Below are positions 13,888 to 27,303 of a stretch of DNA of 64,000 bases, piece by piece. Numbering within the stretch: the first letter of the stretch is position 1; every line of letters starts with the position of its first letter. The notes beneath the pieces were generated by a model. The model worked only from the letters and a program-made list of their open reading frames with translations. It searched no databases and was not told where the DNA came from. The translations under genes and the position numbers were made by a program. The DNA lies in assembly GCA_964016885.1 (NCBI GenBank), contig CAXHJY010001251.1:1-64000 (forward strand), given 5' to 3'. This DNA comes from Eledone cirrhosa. Its lineage: Eukaryota.

Positions 13888-14325
13888 CATGACATGGTCA
13901 TGATATGGTTATAACATGGTCTTGATATGGTTACAACATGGTCTTGATATGGTTACAACATGGTCTTGATATGGTTACAACATGGTCTTGATATGGTTAC
14001 AACATGGTCTTGATATGGTTATATGGTCATGGTATGGTTATATGGTCATGGTATGGTCATGATATGTTTATAATATGGTCATGATATGGTTATAATATGG
14101 TCATGATGTTGTCATGATATGGTTATAATATGGTCATGATATGGTTATAATATGGTCATGATATGGTTATAATATGGTCATGATATGGTTATAATATGGT
14201 CATGATGTTGTCATGATATGGTCATGATATGGTTATAATGTGGTCATGATATGGTTATAATGTGGTCATGATATGGTTATAATATGGTTATAATTGGTTA
14301 TAATATGGTCATGATATGGTCATAA
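13888..14325. repeat. 22-bp minisatellite
   Basis: (atatggtcatgatatggttata)n with variants. Confidence 0.92.
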
Positions 14326-15009
14326 TGGTTTCTGATTTAGGCACAAGGCCAGTAATTTGGGGGCAGGAGAAAACCAGTGTTACTGGTACTTTATTTTATT
14401 GACCCTTGTAAGAATGAACCCTCAATGGTCATGACATGGCCATTCTCCAACCAATCTAAGATGGCAAGAACTCTGAATACCAATTGATGGAAATAGTGAG
14501 AAGCTGTCCAAGCCACCTCAACCATCGCTACATAACTTGGTCTCTGCCTCCCGCCACCACTCTATATACCTCACTCCTACCATCAATAGTCGCCACCTCC
14601 CACCACCACCAACACAGTAACCTCCTCTCACCACCACCAACACTGTAACTTCCTCTCACCACCACCAATATTGTAACTTCCTCATCGCCACTATATAACT
14701 TACTCCCACCACCAACACTAACCTCCTCCCACTACTATCACTCTATATCTCACTCCCACCACCAACACTACCACTGTAACCTCCCCTCATCATTGGTCTT
14801 TTACTCCTGGCCAGGAACATGTCCCAATCTGTTCTCTACAATATACAATGGATGCCAGACAATGTTGTTTTGTTAGATGCAGATTTCTTGCTTCTTTGTC
14901 TTGTTTGCTTTTTCATTTTTTAAATAATTTCTCTTGTTATTACTGACTATATATATACATACACACACATATATACACACACACACACACAGATATATAT
15001 ATATATATA

Positions 15010-16291
15010 ACGGCCTAGAGTCAAAAGGACTTAAAATTAACCTGGCTAAGACCAAAGTTCTAGTTTGTAGGAAAGAAAACAAGGCGGCAGTCCCTTCTGG
15101 GAAATGGTCGTGCTCGGTGTGTAGGAAAGGCGTAGGTAGAAACTCCATTTTATGTCCCAAATGCAAAGTATGGGTGCATCAAAGATGTAGTGGGATCACA
15201 AGTAAGCTAACTAAGAACATAGATTTTACATGTGGCCGGTGCTCTGGTGCAATAAGTAGCAGCAAGTGCCCACAAAATACTAGCTCTTTCAATTGCGCAG
15301 AGGGTTCTATAGAAATAGTGGACAGCTTCCGTTACCTGGGCGATAAAATCAGCAGTGGGGGAGGGTGCTCTGAAAGTACTGTAGCCAGAGTCAGAACTGG
15401 TTGGAAAAAGTTCAGAGAGCTTATACGACTATTAGCTGCTAAAGGGTTCTCACTAAAAATGAAAGGCAGGTTGTACGATGCCTGCATACGAACAGCAATG
15501 CTGCATGGCAGTGAGACCTGGGCATTGTGTGCAGAGGATATACGCAGACTAGAGAGGAACGAAGCTTGCATGCTCCGCTGGATGTGTAACAGTAATATAC
15601 GTGAACGGCAAAGCATAAACGAACTAAGGAAAAAATTAGAGATAAGAGGGATCAGATGTTGTTTACTCGAGAGAAGGCTACGTTGGTATGGACACGTGAT
15701 GCGCATGAAAGTCGATAGCTGTATAACAAAGTGCAGGGCAATAAAGATAGACGGTAGTCACGGAATAGGCAGACCTAGAAAAACCTGGGACGAGCTGATA
15801 AACTCCGACATCACACACTTACACCTCTCCAAGACAATGTCACTGGACCGAGACCTTTGGCGGTACTCAGTAACAGAGAAGACCCGCCTTACCTAAATAT
15901 ATAGTAAAACCTACTCCAGCCAGTAGGCATCTCTAGCAAAATACACCCCGTCCCACCACCACCACCCCATCCACACCACCCCGTTCTATGTAAAGTTATG
16001 TTGGTGCCGCGCCATCGAGGCCGAAACAAATGAGATCGTGTAGGTGTCACGACAAAAAAACACACAGTCCACGCTGTAATGTGGCCGTGTAGGCAACACG
16101 GTAAAAACCTCCCAGACCCACACTGTAAATGTGGTTGGTGTTAGGAAGGGCATCCAACTGTAGAAAACCTGCCAGACAGTCCTATGCGAGCAAGACAATC
16201 ACTCTTGCCTCAAGTGGGACTACCCCCGTCCAAACCCATGCAAGCGTGGAACACGGACGTTAAACGTTGATGATGATGATGATGATGATGA
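15010..16291 (+). mobile_element. RTE family A, 5'-truncated copy
   Basis: [16 protein letters not shown]...PHD...[12 protein letters not shown], nearly identical to 35390-36650, same 3' UTR and (GAT)n tail; starts in a TA/CA microsatellite. Confidence 0.93.
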
Positions 16292-16608
16292 TATACAGGC
16301 GCACACATATACACATATATTTGCTTTTGCATTTATTTTACAAAATTCTTCATGTAAAACAGATATTGTTATACTTCAGTAGAGTCATGCTTCCAGTAAA
16401 AACACATGCATGAGTTTCACTTCAGTTTTATTATTAGTTAAGTAACTAATCCATTCCTTGGTAAGTTTAGTAATGTGATAATACCGGTAATGCACTGGGA
16501 TCGATTTAATCAACTTTCCTCTCTCCCAAAATTGTTGGCTTTATGTCAATCAGAAATCATTATCATCAGCCTCATCATACTACTCTTCCTCATTATTTAA
16601 ATTCATTA

Positions 16609-16800
16609 GGGCGGTGGATTGGCAGTATCGGTAGAGGGTCGGACGCCATGCTTTCCAGCATAGTTACGTCCCTCTACGATCTGAGTTCAAATCCCGCCGA
16701 GGTTGACTTTGCCTTTCATCCTTACGGGGTCGATAAAATAAAGTACCAGTAAAGCACTGGGTAATTGCTGGCCTTGTGCCTAAAGTAGAAACAATTATTT
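16609..16800 (+). mobile_element. tRNA-derived SINE group A, full length
   Basis: A-box tggcagtatcgg, B-box gagttcaaatcc, central gcctttcatccttacggggtcgataaaataaagtacca (resembles the MetaSINE core as I recall it), (ATT)n tail. Confidence 0.88.
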
Positions 16801-17022
16801 AAATTCATTACCCTAATTAACAATTTCCTATACATGGTAGTAAGAAATATTTATCCAAACAATCTGTATTTTAATACATTGCATGCATTAGATCGTTCCA
16901 CTGTACCAAATGACATAATTACGTCGCTTTTATTCTATCTGCATTCTCATAACTGTAATTCCATTGAACATTATCACCTGAAGCCGTAACATATTTCTAT
17001 ATTTAAATGTGATATATATAAT

Positions 17023-17365
17023 GAAGGCACATGGCTTAGTGGTTAGAGCATTGGCCTTGCAATCGAAAGGTTGTGAGTTCAATTCTCAGACCGGGTGATG
17101 TGTTGTTTCCTTGAGCAAGACACTTTATTTCACATTGCTCCAGTTTACTCAGCTGTAGAAATGAGATGATAGGGACTGAGGTCCCTATCATTCCACTGTA
17201 AAGTGGTCGTAGAGGTGCCACGGCAAAAAAGCACCCAGCACACACTGTAAATGAGGTTGGTGTTAGGAAGGGCATCCAGATGTGGGAATCAAGCCAGAAT
17301 CAGTTCCCGTCCCACCCTTGCTAGCAGGAAAAAGCGGACGTAAAATGATGATGATGAAATGATGA
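17023..17365 (+). mobile_element. tRNA-derived SINE (group B, CORE-like) with RTE-B tail
   Basis: A-box tggcttagtgg, B-box-like gagttcaattc, ccttgagcaagacacttta core-like block, 3' end matching RTE B, (ATG)n tail. Confidence 0.88.
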
Positions 17366-17499
17366 TTTGTAATACTTTGAAATATTTATATCTGCATCAA
17401 CGGATTGATGCATATCTCAGCTTCTGAACACCCTGTAAAAGGATAAATGCAGAAATTGTTTGCTTAAACTTTTAATGTGCTAATAATAAATATATATAA

Positions 17500-17599
17500 A
17501 CAGTATATATATGTGTGTGTATAATGTATGTATGTATGTATGTATGTAATTTATGTATGTATATATATATATTATATATATATATATATATAATGTATG

Positions 17600-17641
<42 letters not shown>

Positions 17642-18005
17642 GTATGTATATATATATATATATAATGTATGTATATATATATATATATATATATATAATG
17701 TATGTATATATATATATATAATGTATGTATGTATATATATATATATATATATATATAATGTATGTATGTATATATATATATATAATGTATGTATATATAT
17801 ATATATATATATATATAATGTATGTATGTATATATATATATAATGTATATATATATATATAATGTATGTATATATATATATATAACGTATGTATGTATAT
17901 ATATATATAACGTATGTATGTATATGTATATATATATATATAATATATGTATATATATAATGTATGTATGTATATATATAATGTATGTATGTATATATAT
18001 ATATA
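17500..18005. repeat. Compound (TA)n array with recurring ATAATGTATG unit
   Basis: Directly visible in the sequence. Confidence 0.95.
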
Positions 18006-18195
18006 ATTGTTTCTACTTTAGGCACAAGGCCAGCAATTATCCCAGTGTATTACTGGTACTTTATTTTATCGACCCCGTAAGGATGAAAGGCAAAGTTAAC
18101 CTCGGCGGGATTTGAACTCAGACCATAAAGGGCTGTAACTCTATGCTGCAAAGCATGGCGTCCGACCCTCTAGCGATACTGCCAATCCACTGCCA
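18004..18195 (-). mobile_element. SINE group A
   Basis: Reverse complement of 16609-16800. Confidence 0.88.
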
Positions 18196-18223
18196 AATAT
18201 ATATATATATATAATGTATGTAT

Positions 18224-20069
18224 ATCATCATCATCATCATTTTACGTCCGCTTTTCCCTGCTTGCAAGGGTGGGACGGGTCTTATTCAGCACAGCATATC
18301 TCCACTCGTCACGGTCCTTCGTCATCTCCACCGTGAGCTTCAATGATCTGAGGTCTGTTCTCACCACCTCCGCCCATGTTTTTCGTGGTCTACCTCTACC
18401 ACGTCTTCCTTCAACTGGCATTTCCTGGCACTTCTTCACCCATCGGTCATCCTCCATGCGCATGACATGTCCATACCACCTCAGTCTCCTCTCCCGTACA
18501 CTACATTCTATCCCTCTCAGACACAGTTTCTCTCTCAACACATTTATGCTGGGTCGTTCACGCACATTTACACTGCACATCCAACGGAGCATGCTTGCCT
18601 CATTTCTCTCCAGCCGTCGCATATCCTCTGCAGTTGCTGCCCATGTCTCACTACCATGCAACATCGCGCTCCTCACACAGGCATCATACAACCGGCCTTT
18701 CGTACGCAGGGAGAAACCCTTCTTCGTCAACAGAGGAAGCAGCTCCCTAAACTTCTTCCAACCCGTCCTTATTCTAGATACTATGGCCTCGGAACACCCT
18801 CTTCCCATGCTAATCTGATTTCCTAGGTACCAGAAGCTATCCACCACTTCTATAGTGCCCTCCTGCATTTGAAAAATGTGTCTATCAATGCGACTTCTAC
18901 TGTCTATTTTCCCTGTACATCTACTGCATACATATTTCTCCCTACCTGTTAGTTTGCCTGCTATCCCGCTACATCTCTTGTGTACCTAGGATCTGCATTG
19001 TGTGCATTTTATAGAATTTATGCCAGTTCCTTTTCTGCATATCGAACATGGCCATTTCCCTGACGGAATCAGGGTTGTGTCCTCTTTTCTACTCATCAAC
19101 TTTTGTCTTAGCTAGGTTCACTCTCAGTCCTCTTGCTTCCAACTGCTGTTTCCATAGCCAGAATTTATTCTCTAGCTCCTCTACTGATTCTGCTATAAGA
19201 ACCAGATCGTCAGCATAGAGAAGTTCCCATGGACAGCCAGTCTTAAACTCCTCTGTTATGGCTTGGAGGACTATAATGAACAAGAGCGGGCTGAGGACCG
19301 GACCCTGATGTACTCCTACTTGTATCTGGAATTTCTCACTAAACTCAATTCCTACCCTGACTTCACTGAGAGTATCTCTGTACAAAGTTTGCACTGTCCT
19401 CACAAGCCATTCCTCAACACCTAGCTTCCTTAGGGACCACCAGATGACAGAGCGGGGTACCCTATCAAAGGCCTTTTCTAGGTCAACAAAGGCTAAGTAT
19501 AGTGGCTTATTCTTCTCTAAGAACCTCTCTTGCAATTGTCTCACCAAGAAGAGGGCATCTGTTGTACTCTTCCCAGGCACAAAACCAAATTGCATCTCAT
19601 CTAGTTTGATCCTTTCTCTAATTAGTTGTGCTAAAATCCTTTCTGAAACTTTCATAATCTGATCCATCAGTTTTATACTCCTATAATTGCTCCTCTCCAG
19701 AGCATCCCCTTTACCTTTGTAGCAATTTATGAGAATACTACTGCACCAGTCTTTGGGTATGACACCACCATATATAGCCTGATTGATGATGCGTGCAACC
19801 AGTTTAGTGCCTACGTCCCCTGATGCCTTCAGCATCTCAGCAACTATTCCCGATGGTCCGGCAGCCTTACCATTTTTTATTTCCCTAATCGCCTCTTGGA
19901 CCCTATATTCGTCAATCTCAATAGCTGATCCCTCTGTCGGATCTACCAAGGGTAATTTCTCTCTCTCCCATTTGTTCTCCACATTCATCAGTCTCTCATA
20001 ATGACATTTCCAGGCCTCCTTTTTCTGATCATTCGTGACACTAAGTACACCGGCATCATCCCGGACACA
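18224..20069 (-). mobile_element. RTE family B, 5'-truncated, disrupted copy
   Basis: Minus ORFs 19089-20261 (RT core, YADD) and 18242-18868 (C-terminus); frameshift near 19090 and a stop in the PHD segment; (ATC)n on the plus strand is the tail. Confidence 0.92.
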
Positions 20070-20105
20070 TATATATATATATATATATAGATATATATAT
20101 ATATA

Positions 20106-20159
<54 letters not shown>

Positions 20160-20164
<5 letters not shown>

Positions 20165-20933
20165 GACCTGGGCATTGTGTGCAGAGGATATACGCAGACT
20201 GGAGAGAAACGAAGCTTGCATGCTCCGCTGGATGTGTAATAGTAATATACGTGAACGGCAAAGCATAAACAAACTAAGGGAGAAATTAGAAATAAGAGGG
20301 ATCAGATGTTGTTTACTCGAGAGAAGACTACGTTGGTATGGTCATGTGATGCGCATGAAAGACGACAACTGTATAAAAAAGTGCAGGGCAATAAAAATAG
20401 ACGGTAGCCACGGTGTAGGCAGACCCAGAAAAACCTGAGACGACTTGATAAATTCCGACCTCACACACTTACACCTCTCCAAGACAATGTCACTGGACCG
20501 AGATCTTTGGCGCTACACAGTAATAGAGAAGACCCGCCTTACCTAAGTGCAAAGTGAAACCTACTACAGTCAGTAGGCACCTCTAACAAAATACACCCCC
20601 GTCCCACTATCCCCACCCCATCCACACCACCCCTTTCAATGTAAAGTTATGTTGGTACCACAACATCCAGCCCGAAACAAATGAGGCCGTGTAGGTGTCA
20701 CGACAAAAAAACACACAGTCCACGCTGTAATGTGGCCGTGTAGGTAACACGGTAAAAACCTCCCAGTTCCACACTGTAAATGTGGTTGGTGTTAGGAAGG
20801 GCATCCAGCCGTAGAAAACCCGCCAGACAGTCCTATGCGAGCAAGACAACCACTCTTGCCTCAAGTGGGAAAATTCCCGTCCAAACCCATGCGAGCGTGG
20901 AATATGGACGTTAAACGATGATGATGATGATGA
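20160..20933 (+). mobile_element. RTE family A variant, 3' fragment
   Basis: [20 protein letters not shown]...GRPRKT* (premature stop at 20436-20438), family A 3' UTR and (GAT)n tail. Confidence 0.9.
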
Positions 20934-20948
20934 TATAATGTATGTATG

Positions 20949-20988
<40 letters not shown>

Positions 20989-21080
20989 GTATGTGTATAT
21001 ATATATATAATGTATGTATGTATATATATATATATATATATAATGTATGTATGTATATATATAATGTATGTATGTATATA

Positions 21081-21352
21081 TCATCATTTCATCATCATTC
21101 ATTTCATTTTACGTCCGCTTTTCCCTGCTTGCAAGGGTGGGACGGGAACTGATTCTGGCTTGATTTCTACAGCTGGATGCCCTTCCTAACACCAACCTCA
21201 TTTACAGTGAGTGCTGGGTGCTTTTTTGCCGTGGCACCTCCACGACCACTTTGCAGTGGAATGATATAGAACCCAGTCCCTATCATCTCATTTCTACAGC
21301 TGAGGAAACTGGAGCAATGTGAAATAAAGTGTCTTGCTCAAGGAAACAACAC
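21081..21352 (-). mobile_element. SINE group B, head missing
   Basis: Same tail and body as 45355-45620; ends in a TA run. Confidence 0.85.
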
Positions 21353-21369
21353 ATATATATATATATATA

Positions 21370-21440
<71 letters not shown>

Positions 21441-22110
21441 TACATACATACATACATATATATCCAGACCCATGCTAGCGTGGAAGATGGAAGTTAAACG
21501 ATGATGATATATATATATATACACACACATACATAGTTTCTTCTTTTTGCAATAGCGATTAGAAAGAACTATCTTGGTTTGAAAGATGGCTCTTATATAC
21601 TTATTTATATATGTTTTGGGTGAGTTTATTTTTTTGAAATTTGTTTTTTTCCTTTGTATTTAGTTTCCCTTTATCTAAGGAACCTCTTCCATTGAATGTG
21701 GCTTTCATTGTGAATGGATGAAAAGCCTGTTTGTTGCTTCCATGACTGTAGGGATGTGGGAGGCTGGGGATGGGTGGAAATAAATAAAGACTATAACCCA
21801 GACAAGAAATGAAGCACACACACACACACTCATATGTATATGGAATGGACCTGTGCTGGGTGCAACAATGAGTGTTCCAGTTATTCTATCAAAAGAACAG
21901 CCTGATCATGAAATTAACATGTAAGTGGCCGACCATTCCACAGACACGTGTATCCCTAACGTCTGTGACAAGGTTGGCTGATTGAATTTCAGAGACGGTT
22001 CCAAAAGAGAGGCTTCCAAAAGTTTCTGTCTACCAAATTTCACTCAAAAGCTATGTGTTGACCCAAGGTGCGTGACACTTACTCAACATAACATGGGTTT
22101 TTACAGTACA

Positions 22111-22171
<61 letters not shown>

Positions 22172-22217
22172 AGACGGAACTTGTCAAATAGAATGGACAT
22201 AGCTTCAGTTGTTTCCC

Positions 22218-22395
22218 CACTCTTCTTCTTCTTCTCTTGTCAAAGAGGCTGGGGTCATCCTAAGCCAGCGATCCCAAAACATTGTCGTGCGTGGAGCCAA
22301 CCAGGTCCACCAGTGCCTTCCATCACTGGCAGACCCATGCCAACTCCTCTGCATTCTCCAAGGTGATATCAAGCCTCCAGAGATCTCTCCCACTC
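22218..22395 (-). mobile_element. 3' end of a further RTE-like LINE with (GAA)n tail
   Basis: Minus frame RDLWRLDITLENAEELAWVCQ*WKALVDLVG resembles an RTE C-terminus; ends agaagaagaagaaga; cccactc on both flanks may be a TSD. Confidence 0.55.
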
Positions 22396-22819
22396 ACTCA
22401 ATAATATACATATATATTTAAATACATTTGAAGAATTTGCAGAGATTTATTAAAATAATTATTTCATTAATTATATAGTCTTTCCCCCACTCACTCAATA
22501 ATATACATATATATTTAAATACATTTGAAGAATTTGCAGAGATTTATTAAAATAATTATTTCATTAATTATATAGTCTTTGAAAGATAACTTAACAAAAG
22601 GTTCATATTTCAAATTATGTTGGAAGCTATTGATTTAAACAGCAACCCTTAAAAACATTTAATTGTATTTCATAGAACCAACAGCTAGTTTTGGCTGTGT
22701 TGGTATAAAAATGAACAATGCTTTGTATCTGACATGAAACCACATTGGCAAGATATTAGTGAAAAGCACAAAAACAGCACAGTGATTGCATCGCATGAAA
22801 AGTTGGAATCCATCATTAC

Positions 22820-23150
22820 ACCCTTCAGTCATGAATTACCATGGGATTTGCACCTAAAAAGTTTCCCTCCGAGCCACAAGTCCGGGCAAGGTTGTTTGAG
22901 GAAGACCAACAGTCGCACATGCATACCAGCCTCCCCTCCCAAGCCACTGGTGATGTCCAAGGGAAAGGCTATGGCCGATACAGCTTGGCACCTGTGACAG
23001 CACAACTCATTTCTACAGCTGAGTAAACTGGAGCAACATGAAATAAAGTGTCTTCCTCAAGAACACAATGCATCACCCAGTTCGAGAATCGAACTCACAA
23101 CCTTTCTATTGCAAGCCCAATGCTCTGACCACTAAGCCATACGCCTTCAC
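22820..23150 (-). mobile_element. SINE with group B head/core and a third, unrelated 3' half
   Basis: 23005-23150 matches the group B head and core; 22820-23005 is different. Confidence 0.75.
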
Positions 23151-23404
23151 ACGCCCACAAGTAAAGATACAATAAATATTTATATAAATATTTATATTAC
23201 AAACACGTTCGTAAATATTTTTCTTACAGGATGTTAAAATTTGACGTTTTATTTATATTTAGTAGAAGTTGTGGATTACTCTTATCATGTTCTTATTATT
23301 GTAGTTGTTGTTACAACTTAGCTGACCTCCTATAGAGTTGCATCTCATAGGAGCTTTCTTAGGGTGTTTTAATGATAGGGGGGGGGGGGGGGGCGCCAGC
23401 CCTG

Positions 23405-24006
23405 TCATGGTGATATTGATTATGATGAAAATGATGATGTCAATAATGATGATGTAGATAATGATGATGATGGTGATGGTAAAAACTATGAAATTGATGA
23501 CAATAATGATGACAATGAAGATGAAAATGGTGGTGGTGGGAGTAGTAAAGATGATGCTGATGCTGATGGTGGTCGTTATCAAGGTGGTAGTAATGATGAT
23601 GATGACGACGATGATGATGATGGTATCAGTGGTAGTAATGATGATGATGACAGTGAGTAGTAAAAGTCAATTTAAATGAACCAAGCTAATGAGTAGGACA
23701 GTTTGAAGAGACAAGCACAGAACTAAAGAGCTTGGTTTACAGACATTGTTATTAAATAAGCCTGAAGTGGAGTGTGGGATATCGAGAAAGGTTGGTGGTG
23801 GCTGTGGTGAGGACAGTGGTGGAGATGGTAGTGGTGATGGTGGTGGTGGTTATCATGAGGACAGTGGCTGTGACAGCAGTGGTGGTTGTTATGGTAGTGG
23901 TGTTGATGGTGGTAGTGGTGAGCATAAATAATATGAGGGCAAGAACAAGATCTATTTCAAATAAAGATCATGATGATGGCAATGATGATGCTAGTGACAG
24001 GGATGT

Positions 24007-24045
<39 letters not shown>

Positions 24046-24420
24046 GGATGATGGCAATGATGATAGTGACAAGGATGTTTATGATTATGTTGATTATGGT
24101 GAGAATCACAATGTTAATGATGATGATGGTGGTGACGATGATGACGATGATGATGATGATGATGATGACAGATTAAAGAGATCTGACTGAAACAAAGATG
24201 GTTTCCAACTATAAATTGAATAATGAGTTTGTGTATAGCAGAAATAGAGATGAGGGGGGTGGTGGTGGTGGTGGTGGATGGTGGACAAGAGGGACATACA
24301 CACACACACACATATATACATAATACACACACACACATTATACACACACACATCAATGTTAACAAAGACTGCCCACCACCACCACCACACCACCACCACC
24401 ACCACCACCACTGCCACAGC
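23405..24420. repeat. GAT/GGT/CAC trinucleotide low-complexity tract
   Basis: Degenerate (GAT)n, (GGT)n and (CAC)n runs. Confidence 0.9.
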
Positions 24421-24849
24421 AGGTCATCCTACACTTCCTCCCACAGCCAATACATGGACCAATGTAAACAGACAGAACTAATAAGACCAAAATACTCTGA
24501 GAGTCAATTGGTATTTTCTCTTGTAGAATAATTCTATCTGGTTATGTTAACTGTGAAGGTAGGTGGCCTAGTGGTTAGAGTGTTCTACTTCACAATCATA
24601 TGGTTGTGAGTTTGGTTCATGGACCAAGCGCTGTGTTGTGCTGTATTCTTCAGCTGGTTTAGAGTGTTCTACACCCAATTATATGGTGGTGAGTTTGATT
24701 CGTAGACCAAGCAGTGTATTGTATATTTCAGCTTTTCATAAAACTGAGGACCCCCCCCCTCCCCGCCCCGCCCCAGCTGTCATTAAAACACCCAATAAAC
24801 CACCTATGAGATAGAACCTCAAAGGAGGCCAGCTAAACAGATTTCAAAC

Positions 24850-25117
24850 AAGCACATTACTGAATCTTAAAGGATCACAGTGTTATACAGGTCTGTTGCT
24901 ACCATTAAGATCAACCAGGCAGCTACCTAGGATACTGACCTCAGAAAGATACATTACTGAACCTTAATGGTTTATACAGGGCCGGGACTATCATTAAGGC
25001 CAACAAGACAGGCACATTGGGTGCACACTTCAGAGAGGTACATTACTGTACTTTAAAGGATCACAGGCTTATAGAGGGCGGGGACTACCATTAAGGCCAA
25101 CAAGACGGGCACATTGA
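24850..25117. repeat. ~90-bp degenerate tandem repeat, 3 copies
   Basis: acattactga...ttatacagg...actaccattaagg recurs three times. Confidence 0.75.
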
Positions 25118-25367
25118 ATTAAATACATAATAATAATTTCCTTTGATCAATAAATAAATAACTAAACATCTTTGTTGTGGAAATATTCCAAGTATTGGAG
25201 AGGTGCATATAGTGTTATGACCTGTCACATGATTTGGCATGGGTGAGTGTGGACTGTGTAGTGAAAAATGCAGGTTTAGTAATTTTCATTGTGTCGTCAG
25301 AGCAAGAAGTGTCAAAAACTAGTTTTGGCAGCTTACCAAAGGATAAGTTGAAATTATGATATTGGGA

Positions 25368-25665
25368 AGAATGGGGCACATTCAACTGTGAAATTGGGGC
25401 ACACACAACTGTGAGATTGGGGCTCACACAACTGGGATAATAGGGCACATATAACAGAGATATTAGGGCACACATAACTGGCAGATTGGGCACACATAAC
25501 TGGGAAATTGGGGCACACATAACTGGCAGATTGGGCACATATAACTGAGATGGGACACAAACTGGGAGAATGGGGCACAAACTGGTAAATTGGGACACAT
25601 ATAACTAAGAGATTGGGGCACAAACTGGGAGATTGGGGCACAAACTGGGAGATTGGGGCATACCT
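25368..25665. repeat. 21-25-bp minisatellite
   Basis: (gagattggggcacacataactgg)n-like units. Confidence 0.88.
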
Positions 25666-25917
25666 AAAATTAGCATAGGGCAGTAAATATTCTATCCCTG
25701 GTTCTAGCCACATCCACCCTATCTACCACCAACTCACTGCTCCAACAACACCATCACACACTCTTCATTATTCTACACCCACCTTACCCACCTCACTCAC
25801 CTTCCTTATTTACCACCACCACCACCTCAGTCCTACCTAGTAAAAACAGCTGCTTAGAAAATGTGGATTGGGTGAATTAGATAACAATTTCTATTTTTAT
25901 AACAGTTGTAATATGGC

Positions 25918-25951
<34 letters not shown>

Positions 25952-26519
25952 ACATTAAGTAAATAGCATTATATATATTTGTGTGAGTATATACATATAT
26001 ATGCACACATATACATATATATACACTCACACTCATGCATGCATATTACGTTGAACTTCCATTTTTCCTTCTTCCCTCCGTCTGTCTGTCAATATTTGTG
26101 AAACAAAATAACAGGCTATGATTTGAGGGAGGGGAATTTGGCTGCTATTTCTAGCAAGTTAAACTACTACCATAAGGTTCTTCCATTGGCATGTGCCAGT
26201 GAAGTAAGTGGGTTATCAGAAAATCAAGCTTTCTTTAATGTTTAAAACAAGAATTTTAAGGATGGTTATGGTTTGTTAGGCAACACACTTGCCAAACTAG
26301 TCACACTCAACCATAAATAATTATTTTAAAAAATCTATTTGTGTTTGTTAAACAATTCCTAAACCTTATTTCTACTTAGATACTCTATTTCAATCAATTA
26401 GTGAAGAATTTTCAGGATGGATTTATTAAATTATTAATTATTTGGGTGGGGGTTGGTATGGAAATGTTTACGTGAGGGCAAAATCTGAAACATAGGCACA
26501 GGGTTAAAGAGAGGATTAA

Positions 26520-26727
26520 CCCTTTAGCATTTATTTTACTCTATATATACTATTGTATTTTCACGGTAAACACTTTATCTCACATAATATCAAATCTAGG
26601 AGATTTTGATATTATTTATTTTGAGAACAATACCTTAACATAAGTAGGAGCAGCTGGTTATGGCCCCTTTGAGCAGAAAGAAGTGAGAGAATTCTGGTCG
26701 GATATGGCCAGTTTAAATGCTAAGGGG
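26520..26727. mobile_element. piggyBac-like MITE (family 1)
   Basis: TTAA-ccctttagcattta...taaatgctaagggg-ttca. Confidence 0.8.
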
Positions 26728-26919
26728 TTCAGTCTCACAAGATTCAAGCCCAAGGGTTCAAGCCCTCTCAATTGTTCAAATAGCTCCCGAGGAAGGGCAT
26801 CCAGCCAGAGAAACCATGTTCCCATTACATGCTCAAGGTGGGTGGCATTAGAAAGGGCATTTAATTGTAGAAAGCCAAAGGCGTATAATCCAACCAAGTC
26901 ATCGTGTGGGTGTGGGTGT

Positions 26920-26957
<38 letters not shown>

Positions 26958-27303
26958 GTGTGTATATCAATCTATGAGGTTTGGATATTTATTTTGAGAA
27001 CACTACTTTAACATCAGTATGGGTCACCGATTACAGCTGGTTTGAACAGAAAGAGGTGAGGGAATTCTGGCCAGATATGGCCGGTTTAAATGATAAGGGG
27101 TTAAGCAAAGAATTGCTGCTTTCACTCTGCACGGGATCTTCAAAAGATACCATATAGGGTGAAAGCAGAAATTCTTTGCTTACGTGTTCTGCTGTGTGAA
27201 AGGCATAAGAACCTCCCAGCGCTGGCCTCTGTGTTTAAAGCTAAGAAACATATATTAGTTTCAACAAAACAATGTTCACAAAGATGACAAAAATATAACT
27301 TAC

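Noticed and set aside
15332-15706. Antisense ORFs over RTE copies (also 18270-18818, 35713-36213, 41793-42293)
   Set aside because: Shadow frames of ORF2, repeated only because the elements are copies.
23259-24531. Poly-Asp, poly-Met and poly-His ORFs
   Set aside because: Trinucleotide low-complexity DNA with no splice or domain support.
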